Source of the DNA: an archaeon
Lineage (GTDB): Archaea > Iainarchaeota > Iainarchaeia > Iainarchaeales > Iainarchaeaceae
Direction of reading: 5' to 3'
Length of the DNA stretch: 46,868 nt
NCBI GenBank assembly: GCA_035289485.1
Contig: DATDXA010000003.1
Span: 1-46,868 of the forward strand
Within the stretch, counting starts at the first letter, position 1. Every line of letters begins with the position of its first letter. The notes below the pieces were generated by a model. That model had not been told where the DNA came from and ran no database searches. It saw only the letters and a list, made by a program, of their open reading frames with translations. Shown piece by piece: positions 37,789-45,729 of this stretch. Both the position numbers and the translations under genes were made by a program.

Positions 37789-37956
37789 ATGAAGCTTGGT
37801 ATGAAGCCTTTTTGAAACCTCAAACCATAGTAAGGCCGATTATACAATTTATTGACCCACTCATCCTTATAAGCCTTGATTCTGTATAGCACTGGCAAAT
37901 AGAATGGGGGCCATCACCCGCAATATATAATAATACAAACCAGCAAAAGTGATACA

Positions 37957-38523
37957 ATGGCAAATAACACCCTAATCGCAATCGGCGCAGTTGTAGTTGT
38001 GCTGCTACTTGTCGGAATTTGGGCTGGCGCTACATTCAACAATTTCGTTGCGCTTGAGCAAAATATTGAAGGCAAGCAGGCTGACCTTGAGGCGCAGTAC
38101 CAGAGGCGCGTTGATTTGATTCCAAATGTTGTGAATACTGTGAAGGGCGTTGCGGGGTTTGAGCAGGAAACGCTCACAGAGCTAACGCAGCTAAGGAGCC
38201 AGTGGCAGACGCAGCCGGAAGCGAGAATTGATACCGCAAACCAGATTGAGAGCGCCCTTTCAAAGCTTATTATAATTTCTGAAAATTACCCGGAGCTGCA
38301 GGCAACGCAGGCTTACAGGGATTTGATTATTGAACTTGAAGGAACGGAGAACAGGGTTGCGTTCGCACGCACGGAGTACAACAATGCGGTGCGCGAGTAC
38401 AACACGGCAATAAAGAAATTCCCAGGAAATTTCATTTCAGGGATGTTTGGCTTTTCAGAAAAGAAATATTTTGAGGCAAATACCGGCGCTGAGAATGCGC
38501 CAACCGTTGATTTCGGGAAATGA
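37957..38523 (+). CDS. lemA: LemA family protein
   Basis: N-terminal TM; QYQRRVDLIPNVVNTVKG, ENYPEL, ELEGTENRVAFAR..YN..V..YN..FP. Confidence 0.95.
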   Translation: MANNTLIAIGAVVVVLLLVGIWAGATFNNFVALEQNIEGKQADLEAQYQRRVDLIPNVVNTVKGVAGFEQETLTELTQLRSQWQTQPEARIDTANQIESALSKLIIISENYPELQATQAYRDLIIELEGTENRVAFARTEYNNAVREYNTAIKKFPGNFISGMFGFSEKKYFEANTGAENAPTVDFGK

Positions 38524-38529
38524 AGGCGC

Positions 38530-39252
38530 ATGAATAAGGCATTGCCATTAGTGGCGATACTGCTTTTCTCTATTCTCCAAATCGCATTTGCAGCCGATAC
38601 TTCTGTTATTTCCCCGCAGGGCGATTCTGCAATTTCTGTAATGAGCCCCTCAGAAGAGGCCGCAATTGAAGAGCGAATCGCGCAGATTGAAGCGAGTACG
38701 GGAATTGAAATCGGGGTTGCAATAGTTGATTCAACCGAAGGCAAGCCCATTTCGCAGCTTGCATTCGAGCTTGGGAACCAGTATGGAATCGGAAAAAAGG
38801 AAGTGTTCAACGGAGTTCTGATTTTAATCGCGGTAAATGACCGCGAATGGTTTATTGCAACCGCAAAAGGAATTGAAGGGACGCTTCCTGATCTCGCAAC
38901 AAACAGGATTGGAGAGGCCAACTTTCCGCAAAATTTCCGCAGCGGAAATTATTATGCGGGAATTATGGGAGCGCTTGATGATATTGAAAAGGTTGTTCTA
39001 AATGACCCTGAGGCTGTGCAGAAATACCGCAGCGCGCCAAACGCTCCTGATGATTCATTGATGTGGATAATTTTTGCGTTCATAATTATACTAATTGTTG
39101 GTTCGGTTTTGAGCGCCATGTTCTGGGGGAAGTCAGGCGGATATCATGGCGGCTGGCACGGAGGATTCGGGGGAGGCTCTTCTGGCGGCTCAAGCGGGGG
39201 CTTTAGCGGAGGGGGCGGGTTTTCAGGCGGCGGCTCTGGCGGGAGATGGTAG
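38530..39252 (+). CDS. TPM (YgcG-like) domain membrane protein
   Basis: Signal peptide; GIGKK..NGVLILIAVNDRE..GIEGTLPD; TM and GGGGFSGGGSGGRW tail; typical lemA partner. Confidence 0.92.
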   Translation: MNKALPLVAILLFSILQIAFAADTSVISPQGDSAISVMSPSEEAAIEERIAQIEASTGIEIGVAIVDSTEGKPISQLAFELGNQYGIGKKEVFNGVLILIAVNDREWFIATAKGIEGTLPDLATNRIGEANFPQNFRSGNYYAGIMGALDDIEKVVLNDPEAVQKYRSAPNAPDDSLMWIIFAFIIILIVGSVLSAMFWGKSGGYHGGWHGGFGGGSSGGSSGGFSGGGGFSGGGSGGRW

Positions 39253-39464
39253 AGTTGGAAATCAAAAAAGGAAAATACCGCCACTACAAGGGAAATGAGT
39301 ACGAAGTGATTGGAACAGCGCGGCATAGCGAGACTCTTGAAGAGATGGTTGTTTACCGCGCGCTTTATGGGGGCGGAGAACTCTGGGTTCGCCCCGCGAA
39401 AATGTTTTCAGAAGAAGTTTTATTGAACGGAGCAAGTGTTGCGCGATTTAGGTTTTTGGGATAG
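39246..39464 (+). CDS. DUF1653 family protein
   Basis: GKYRHYKGNEYEVIGTARHSETLEEMVVYRALYG..LWVRP..MF..RF. Confidence 0.92.
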   Translation: MVELEIKKGKYRHYKGNEYEVIGTARHSETLEEMVVYRALYGGGELWVRPAKMFSEEVLLNGASVARFRFLG

Positions 39465-40097
39465 TTAGCGTGGAAGATACCCTTTCGCGTGCTTTACAAC
39501 AATTGAAGTGTCCAGAATTATTTTCGCGCCAAGTTCTTTTGCGCGCTCGCAAAAAATCTGGTCTTCAGTTACAAGCGAGCCGTTATCAAGCTGGCGCATA
39601 TTGAATGGGCGAGGCGCATATTTGGCAAATACGCCGCGCATCAAATCCGTTTTCATTGCGCAAAAGCCAAAACCCACGGCATCAACTTCCATTACTCCGT
39701 GCAGTTCCTTCTCCTCGAGCCATTTGTAGTTATCACCGTCTTTCCAGTAGGCAACAGGAAGAATGCCGCTGTTTTTTGGGTTATAATAAACGCCTGATAT
39801 GAATCCATCTCCGGAATCAAGATGCGCAAGCAGGGTTTTGATGTTTTCAAAAGTGAACATGATGTCGTTATCTAGCCAGAGCATGTAATCAAATTTCATG
39901 CCGGATTTTGACTCGAAATCAAGCACCCTGCGGACGATTTCGTTGCGGTTTTCAAAAATTATCGGCGAGGCAACCGTGAACACCGCGCTGTTCCACCCAA
40001 GCATTATCTGGCCTATGGTGGCTGCAAAGGAGCTGAAGAAGGCAAAATCTAGGTGCCTTCCGCTTGGTATGCAAATCGCGAGGTTCTTTTTTGCCAT
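39465..40097 (-). CDS. GT-A fold (family 2-like) glycosyltransferase
   Basis: AICIP, RNEIV, YMLWLDNDI (DxD), VDAVGFGF, TEDQIFCERA..G..I..D....VKH; start at ATG 40097. Confidence 0.8.
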   Translation of the reverse strand: MAKKNLAICIPSGRHLDFAFFSSFAATIGQIMLGWNSAVFTVASPIIFENRNEIVRRVLDFESKSGMKFDYMLWLDNDIMFTFENIKTLLAHLDSGDGFISGVYYNPKNSGILPVAYWKDGDNYKWLEEKELHGVMEVDAVGFGFCAMKTDLMRGVFAKYAPRPFNMRQLDNGSLVTEDQIFCERAKELGAKIILDTSIVVKHAKGYLPR

Positions 40098-40207
40098 GAA
40101 CAATAAATGCCCTAAAAAGGTTTTTATGGCGTGCACCGCAACTTTCGGATATGGGAAAAAGCATAAATTCTGGAAAAACGGGTATTTGCTGAAAGGTTGT
40201 TGATTTT

Positions 40208-40621
40208 ATGAAAAAAGACGAAATTAAGGAAATGGGCGATGACAAATGGAAAGAGAAGCTCTCTGCCGAGCAGTATCATGTGTGCAGGCTCGGCGGCACT
40301 GAAATGCCATTTACCGGAAAATTCGTTCACAACAAGGAAAAGGGAAACTACATCTGCGTTGCATGCAAAAAGCCCATATTTGCAGCGAATACAAAATTTG
40401 AATCCGGAACCGGCTGGCCAAGTTTTTATGATGTGATGAACAATGGCAATGTAAAACTCATAGATGATAACAGCCTGTTCATGCACCGCGTTGAGGTTCA
40501 GTGCGCAAACTGCGGCTCGCATTTGGGGCACGTATTCGATGACGGGCCAAAGCCTACGGGAAAGAGGTATTGCATAAACTCTGTCGCACTAGATTTTGTA
40601 CCAGAGAAGAAGGGAAAGTAA
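40208..40621 (+). CDS. msrB: Peptide methionine-(R)-sulfoxide reductase MsrB
   Basis: GTEMPFTG, Zn CxxC pairs (CVAC, CANC), KFESGTGWPSF, HLGHVFDDGP, RYCINS. Confidence 0.97.
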   Translation: MKKDEIKEMGDDKWKEKLSAEQYHVCRLGGTEMPFTGKFVHNKEKGNYICVACKKPIFAANTKFESGTGWPSFYDVMNNGNVKLIDDNSLFMHRVEVQCANCGSHLGHVFDDGPKPTGKRYCINSVALDFVPEKKGK

Positions 40622-40626
40622 AAGGA

Positions 40627-40680
40627 TTCTCTTTCTTTTCCGAGAACGCTTTTCTTTTTCTTGCAAGAGAAAGAAAAGGG
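40627..40680. other. Potential intramolecular Y.R-Y triplex (mirror repeat plus inverted repeat)
   Basis: TTCTCTTTCTTTTCC (40627-41) matches AAGAGAAAGAAAAGG (40665-79) in parallel at 15 of 15 positions. CTTTTCTTTTTCTT (40649-62) pairs antiparallel with 40665-78 with one G.T. Confidence 0.7.
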
Positions 40681-40683
40681 TTC

Positions 40684-40743
40684 AGGTACTGCATTAATTC
40701 GGTGGCGCTTGACTTTGTACCTGAGAATAAGGGCAAAAAGTAA
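40684..40743 (+). repeat. Synonymously recoded duplicate of the msrB 3' end (RYCINSVALDFVPENKGKK*)
   Basis: Codon-by-codon match to 40565-40621 with 11 synonymous and 1 non-synonymous differences over 18 codons. Confidence 0.85.
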
Positions 40744-40889
40744 GCCTCTCCCCATTTCCCGCCTTGCACAACTTATTTAAAGAAAGCGCAGGCATAATTA
40801 GCTCATGGAAAGGGATTTACTTCACATCAATAGCTGATTTTCCTATATCTCCCCTTAGCCAGCAGAATACAACCAATTCCAGCATTAGT

Positions 40890-40962
40890 GGCTGCGGTCG
40901 TCCAGTGGTCAGGACTCAGGCCTGTGGAGCCTGTAACCCGAGTTCAAATCTCGGCCGCGGCC
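40890..40962 (+). tRNA. tRNA-His(GTG) with genome-encoded G-1
   Basis: G(-1)-GCTGCGG/CCGCGGC-C73, anticodon arm CAGGC-CTGTGGA-GCCTG, T arm CCGAG-TTCAAAT-CTCGG. Confidence 0.93.
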
Positions 40963-40987
40963 CTCTTATTTTTATGGGGTGCTTCTG

Positions 40988-42235
40988 ATGCCATTTCAGA
41001 CCGTGCGCGGCATGAGAGATTTCCTTCCAGAGCAGGCTAAAAAAAAGCAGTTCATTGAGGACAGTTGCAGGCGCGTTTTTGAAAAGTATGGATTCGAGCC
41101 GCTGCAAAGCCCTGTTGTTGAAGATTTCGCGCTTCTCGCAGCAAAGGGCTCTGGAGGAGAGGCAATTAAAGATGAGATTTATTATTTCAAGGACAAGGGA
41201 GAACGCGAACTTGGGCTTCGCTATGATTTGACAGTTCCACTTGCAAGAATTGTGGCATCGAACCCCGTGCTGCAAAAGCCATTCAAAAGGTACTGCATAG
41301 GAACAGTGTATCGCTACGATAGGCCGCAGGCAAAGCGCTACAGGGAATTTACGCAGGCGGATGTGGATATTGTGGGCGCGAAATCGGTGCTCGCGGATTT
41401 TGAATGCATACAAATATCGGCCGATATTATGCGCTCGCTTGAGTTCGAATTCAAAATCAAAGTGAACAACAGGATGCTTCTAGAAGACCTTGCAAAGAAA
41501 TGCGGAATTGTTCAAGAGCAGGTAAAGGATGCGTTCAGGAGCATAGATAAGCTTGATAAAATCGGGGAAAAGGAAGTGCGAAAGGAGTTCAAGGAAAAAG
41601 GCATAAGCGACAAATTTCTAGGCAGCATAATCACGAATTCTTTTGAAGATGTGAAGGATTTGGTTGGCGAAACTTTTGGGTTCAAAGAGCTTGAAAGGCT
41701 CATTTCACTTTCCAAGGAAAATGAAATACCAGAAGTCGCATTCGATGTGAGCCTTGCGCGCGGCCTTGAGTATTATACCGGAAACGTTTTTGAAATCTCC
41801 ATAACCGAAGGCCCAAGCGTTGGAGGAGGCGGAAGATACGACAAATTAATTGAGCTTTATGGCGGAACGCCAACCCCTGCGGTTGGAATAAGTTTTGGAA
41901 TTGACAGGTTGCTTGACAGCCTTGAACAGGCGCTTGTAATAGGCGCGAATTCGGATTTGTTCATAGCTCCGATATCAGATGAGTGCGCGGGCGCTGCAGC
42001 ATCTCTTGCCATGAGGCTGAGAAAAGCCCGCATTGCCGTTGAAATTGATGTTATGCAAAGGAATGTGAAAAAGAACCTGGAGTATGTAAACCGCAAAGGG
42101 ATATCATTTTTTGCGGTGCTTGGAGAGAACGAAATGAAATCCGGAAAAATCAAGGTAAAGGACATGGGAAGAAGCGAAGAGAAGGAATTTGCAATTGATG
42201 ATATCGAAGGAATGGTCGGATTCATCGGAAAATGA
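40988..42235 (+). CDS. hisS: Histidine--tRNA ligase
   Basis: RGMRDFLP, LRYDLTVP, YRYDRPQAKRYREFTQADVD, RGLEYYTG, GGGGRYD, AVGISFGIDR and anticodon-binding domain; ORF 40979..42235, likely ATG 40988. Confidence 0.97.
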   Translation: MPFQTVRGMRDFLPEQAKKKQFIEDSCRRVFEKYGFEPLQSPVVEDFALLAAKGSGGEAIKDEIYYFKDKGERELGLRYDLTVPLARIVASNPVLQKPFKRYCIGTVYRYDRPQAKRYREFTQADVDIVGAKSVLADFECIQISADIMRSLEFEFKIKVNNRMLLEDLAKKCGIVQEQVKDAFRSIDKLDKIGEKEVRKEFKEKGISDKFLGSIITNSFEDVKDLVGETFGFKELERLISLSKENEIPEVAFDVSLARGLEYYTGNVFEISITEGPSVGGGGRYDKLIELYGGTPTPAVGISFGIDRLLDSLEQALVIGANSDLFIAPISDECAGAAASLAMRLRKARIAVEIDVMQRNVKKNLEYVNRKGISFFAVLGENEMKSGKIKVKDMGRSEEKEFAIDDIEGMVGFIGK

Positions 42236-42291
42236 AGGGCGCGGTTGCTTGAATTTTTAATTGTTTGGAAGGGTAAGTTTTTGAGATTTAA

Positions 42292-42389
42292 GCCTCTGTG
42301 GCTCAGTGGTAGAGCGCGACATTGGTATCTCGCAATAATTTAGCGGGACAAATATGTCGAGGTCGCGAGTTCAATTCTCGCCAGAGGCT
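42292..42389 (+). tRNA. tRNA-Thr(GGT) with 26-nt intron at 37/38 (42328-42353)
   Basis: Acceptor GCCTCTG/CAGAGGC, D arm GCTC/GAGC, anticodon stem CGACA/TGTCG with TTGGTA^A, T arm GCGAG-TTCAATT-CTCGC. Confidence 0.92.
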
Positions 42390-42557
42390 ATTAAACTTTT
42401 TTAGGAACCGCTTATTTGAGATGCCAAAGGATTCATTTATAATGCCGTTCCAACCCTATCAGTAGTTTTCTTTTAACGGCTCGGAAACTTGGGTTTACTC
42501 TCTTTTTTCGGGCTTTTAAGGGCAAAACAGTATAACAAAAAAAAGGTGAAAAGAAAA

Positions 42558-42704
42558 ATGGCATATGGTGGACCAAGGCAGATGTACGATGCTACCTGCT
42601 CGGACTGCGGACAACCTACACAGGTACCGTTCAAACCGACAGAAGGCAGACCAGTATACTGCAGGAACTGCTATCAAAAGCACAAGAAACCCTCAAACTA
42701 CTAA
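42558..42704 (+). CDS. CxxC-x17-CxxC zinc-ribbon domain protein (48 aa)
   Basis: MYDATCSDCGQPTQVPFKPTEGRPVYCRNCY; SD AGGTGA before ATG 42558. Confidence 0.92.
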   Translation: MAYGGPRQMYDATCSDCGQPTQVPFKPTEGRPVYCRNCYQKHKKPSNY

Positions 42705-42752
42705 ACATATTGTAGGGAATTTGTGCATTTAGATAACACAACAACTTCGGAC

Positions 42753-42776
42753 TAATTCTTTCTTTTTTACTTTTTG
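42753..42776 (+). terminator. T-rich putative archaeal terminator
   Basis: Oligo-T tracts TTCTTTCTTTTTTACTTTTT about 50 nt after the CxxC gene stop. Confidence 0.35.
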
Positions 42777-42849
42777 CAAGACGTCAGGCTGGATTAGTTA
42801 TTAGCAACGAGCCACAAATGTTTATTAACAATAAATCTCTTTCTACATC

Positions 42850-44727
42850 ATGAAAAATTGGGAGTTAGCCATTGGCTATTATTTGATGGCTCTTTTTTTC
42901 CTTTTAACTATTTTCGGGTTATTTTCCGATTTAAATCCGGTTGGGAAAGATGGGTCGATAATTTTCATAAGCGAATTCGCCAGCATCATGGTAACTGGCA
43001 TATTGTTAGTTCTTGCATTTAGACCAACAGAAGAAAACGTCATAACTAAACTATTCAAAATTTCCTCAACTTTCATGGCAATTGCCGGAATAATTTTCGC
43101 TTTGGTCTGGGCTTATTTCATTCTTGTGCTCACTTTCAAAAACTTGCCAGCATTTGGATATTTTGCCCTTTCTTCATTGTTAAAATTATTTATAATTTAT
43201 ATGGCCCGGTCAACCGTAGAGTTTCGCAATGTGGCACTTACACACTTTATCAGTATTTTTATCCTTGCTTTCTCGACATTTGCAGTCGGATTGGTTGTCT
43301 CGCCATTTTTTTGTCCTGGAGAAAAATGCTATATTGCTGATGCAATATGGGGCCTGTTATATTTTTCCATATTGGGAACAGTTACAATCTACCTTAGCAA
43401 TAAATTTTCTTCTGACAAAATCTCACAAGAGACGCCTGGCAGCATACCTGAAACCAATACTCAACAGGAATTGGCAAGAGTTATTCCTAAAATTGTATTT
43501 GGGGCAATGATTGGAATTGCTCTTTGCTTTGTGATATTTGCCTTATTGGTTGTTTTTGCTGGAGACAGTTTGGCAGTAAAGAAAAGCCCGTGCACACAAG
43601 AGTTTGCCTCAGAAGAATGGAATGATTGCACCGCCACACAGGAGTTTTATGGGCAAAAGGCACTTGAAACAAAAAACCTGTCTTATTGCGGTTCAATGGC
43701 AACAACTTTCAGGTCAAGTTACGGGAAAAGCTATGTTGGAGGATTAGTAATAGACTATGACTATTCAAAAAGAATGGAGGCGCAGTGCAAAGCAAGAGCA
43801 ATGGAAGACATAACATATTGTCTTGAGCTTAAAGGCAGTTATACTTTAAACTCGGGGCAAAACAGTGCAATTTTATATCATAAGGCAGATTGCATTCTTT
43901 CAGTTGCAAAAGAAACACCCACATACTGTCAAGACAAATATGGGGCTGAAAATGTCAACGGGCCAAAAACACTGTCAGCCAGCGAATGCATGAATATTGT
44001 CTCAAAAGCAAGGCAAATACATGACTACGGGCTCGACAGCGTGAAAATAAATGATGAGGCAAATGAGTGGAACACACCTGCAATTTCAGATTCGAAAGAG
44101 GGAATAATAAAACAGGATACTGAATCGGAAACTAAATATGAGCCAACAACCGACAGTAAATTGCTTGCTGAAAGGGCAAGAGACATAACAAATGTGCACT
44201 ACATCGCAAAAAGCCCAGAAATGTTTGATGGGGAAACCGGAGCGTGGACAAGAGAAGTTTGGTATAAGATAGATAAAGCCCAATTGGATGGCATGATTAT
44301 TTATAAAAATGAAAAATTGAAAGTGAAGTTCAAAAACTCTCTAATCGAAAATACGTCTATGAAAAGAACTGACGGTTATTTCACGACCCCGGTCTCGGCA
44401 GCAGGGCCACATTGGTTTAAATTAGACTACTTAAAAATAAATTCATGGTTAAACGCCCTGGAGGATTTTACCCAATCGGAAGCTACAGGACAGCCGCTCA
44501 CAGCAGGCGGTTCGGGAAAATTCCTCGACCAGGAGATTGTTATAACTAAACTTTCCAAAATCTATGAAGGCAAGCCTGCGGAAGTTAATATCTGGATGTC
44601 CACTTCAAATGGAATGCCACTAAAAACCGAAATAACACCAAACGTGCTGGATGAAGCATATGAAATAACAAGTATCGATTATGGAAACGTCAAAGATTCT
44701 GATTTCGAGTTAAGCCAGGCAAAGTGA
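42850..44727 (+). CDS. Composite membrane protein (about 7 TM, Cys-rich external region, LolA-like C-terminal domain)
   Basis: Hydrophobic first 240 aa; paired Cys helical repeats; C-terminal IWMSTSNGMPLKTE..DYGNVKDSDFEL pattern; AT-rich codons. Confidence 0.75.
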   Translation: MKNWELAIGYYLMALFFLLTIFGLFSDLNPVGKDGSIIFISEFASIMVTGILLVLAFRPTEENVITKLFKISSTFMAIAGIIFALVWAYFILVLTFKNLPAFGYFALSSLLKLFIIYMARSTVEFRNVALTHFISIFILAFSTFAVGLVVSPFFCPGEKCYIADAIWGLLYFSILGTVTIYLSNKFSSDKISQETPGSIPETNTQQELARVIPKIVFGAMIGIALCFVIFALLVVFAGDSLAVKKSPCTQEFASEEWNDCTATQEFYGQKALETKNLSYCGSMATTFRSSYGKSYVGGLVIDYDYSKRMEAQCKARAMEDITYCLELKGSYTLNSGQNSAILYHKADCILSVAKETPTYCQDKYGAENVNGPKTLSASECMNIVSKARQIHDYGLDSVKINDEANEWNTPAISDSKEGIIKQDTESETKYEPTTDSKLLAERARDITNVHYIAKSPEMFDGETGAWTREVWYKIDKAQLDGMIIYKNEKLKVKFKNSLIENTSMKRTDGYFTTPVSAAGPHWFKLDYLKINSWLNALEDFTQSEATGQPLTAGGSGKFLDQEIVITKLSKIYEGKPAEVNIWMSTSNGMPLKTEITPNVLDEAYEITSIDYGNVKDSDFELSQAK

Positions 44728-44795
44728 GCATTTAAAGTCACAACCGTGCCATGAAGCCAATGAATAAATACAACTTTTGCACCTAATTCCTGAAG

Positions 44796-45470
44796 ATGGA
44801 AGAAACGCACATAGAAGGGTTCATAGTCCGCTACATCAAGGACGGAGATGTTGTAAGCGTTGGCTCAAGCGATCTTGGAGAGAAATTCCTCAAATCTCTC
44901 GCGCTGGCACTGCACAAAGAGCACATCCCGATAAATCACATTGAATTCATTCCAACTTCCATGCGCAATGCAACAGTTGCTTCGAGCATGGGAATACCTA
45001 TAGCAGACATCAATGAAAAGGAAATAGATGTTGCAATAGAATTTGTTGACCAGGTGGACGAGAATTACAATTTCATAAAAAGAAACAGCCTCTCGCTTGT
45101 TCGCGACAAGATGATAGCGCAAAGCGCGGCAACACTTGTTGTGATAGCGGATGAGCAGAATTTGGTTGAAAAGCTCAAGGGCACGATTCCCTTTGAAGTG
45201 GCAACATTTGGCTGGAAGAGAACGCAAAATCAGCTGGATACTTACGGGCGGGCGCGCAGAAGGGAAACCAACGGTGTCCCTTTCAAGACCGAAACCGGCA
45301 ATTACATAATTGATGTTGTTTTTGACAGCATCTTCAACTATGAGGAACTTGAAACCGAATCGAAGAACATCCCAGGGGTTTTGGAAACCGGGCTATTTGT
45401 CGGATATGCAGACAAGATTATATTGCACGGGAAAAAGATTAGGCTTATGAGCCGCACGGAATTCAAATAA
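44796..45470 (+). CDS. rpiA: Ribose-5-phosphate isomerase A homolog with altered active-site motifs
   Basis: Overall RpiA pattern (IPTS, IDVAI..DQVD, IK....LVRDKMIA, PFEV, TETGNYIID, IPGVLETGLF), but DGADE and KGGG are not intact. Confidence 0.85.
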   Translation: MEETHIEGFIVRYIKDGDVVSVGSSDLGEKFLKSLALALHKEHIPINHIEFIPTSMRNATVASSMGIPIADINEKEIDVAIEFVDQVDENYNFIKRNSLSLVRDKMIAQSAATLVVIADEQNLVEKLKGTIPFEVATFGWKRTQNQLDTYGRARRRETNGVPFKTETGNYIIDVVFDSIFNYEELETESKNIPGVLETGLFVGYADKIILHGKKIRLMSRTEFK

Positions 45471-45532
45471 GCCCCCCGAGCTGCTCCTGCCCTCGCGGGC
45501 ACCTCCGGTCGGGAGGGAGCGTACCATCTTCG
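45471..45532 (-). repeat. GC-rich palindromic intergenic repeat, copy A
   Basis: Reverse complement reads CGAAG-N6-CGCTCCCTCCCGAC-CGGAGGTGCCCGCGAGGGCAG-GAGCAGCTCGGGGGGC, with internal hairpin TGCCC-GCGA-GGGCA. Confidence 0.65.
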
Positions 45533-45625
45533 CTTTGTGGCTCGATGGAACTGACTGCAAAAGCTAAACCCAATTATTTTAAAGGTTCGGGCGGAAGAAT
45601 TCTTAGATTTAAGAATGGCTTTAAT

Positions 45626-45729
45626 GCCGGAGTAGCTTAGCGGTAAAGCACAGGTTTCATATGAACCCGCATTAAGCAGTGGAGTTCTGAACGAGCCTGG
45701 TATCGGCGGTTCGAATCCGCTCTCCGGCA
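45626..45729 (+). tRNA. tRNA-Met(CAT), probably elongator, with 32-nt intron at 37/38 (45662-45693)
   Basis: Acceptor GCCGGAG/CTCCGGC; anticodon stem CAGGT/GCCTG; strict BHB (TTCA/TGAA central helix, GAAC/GTTC outer helix, 3-nt bulges); T arm GGCGG-TTCGAAT-CCGCT. Confidence 0.92.

Noticed and set aside
37671-37889. ORFs 37671..37889, 40764..40988 and 45338..45742
   Set aside because: They are translations of tRNA genes (e.g. GGFEPP, GFEPP) without independent coding evidence.
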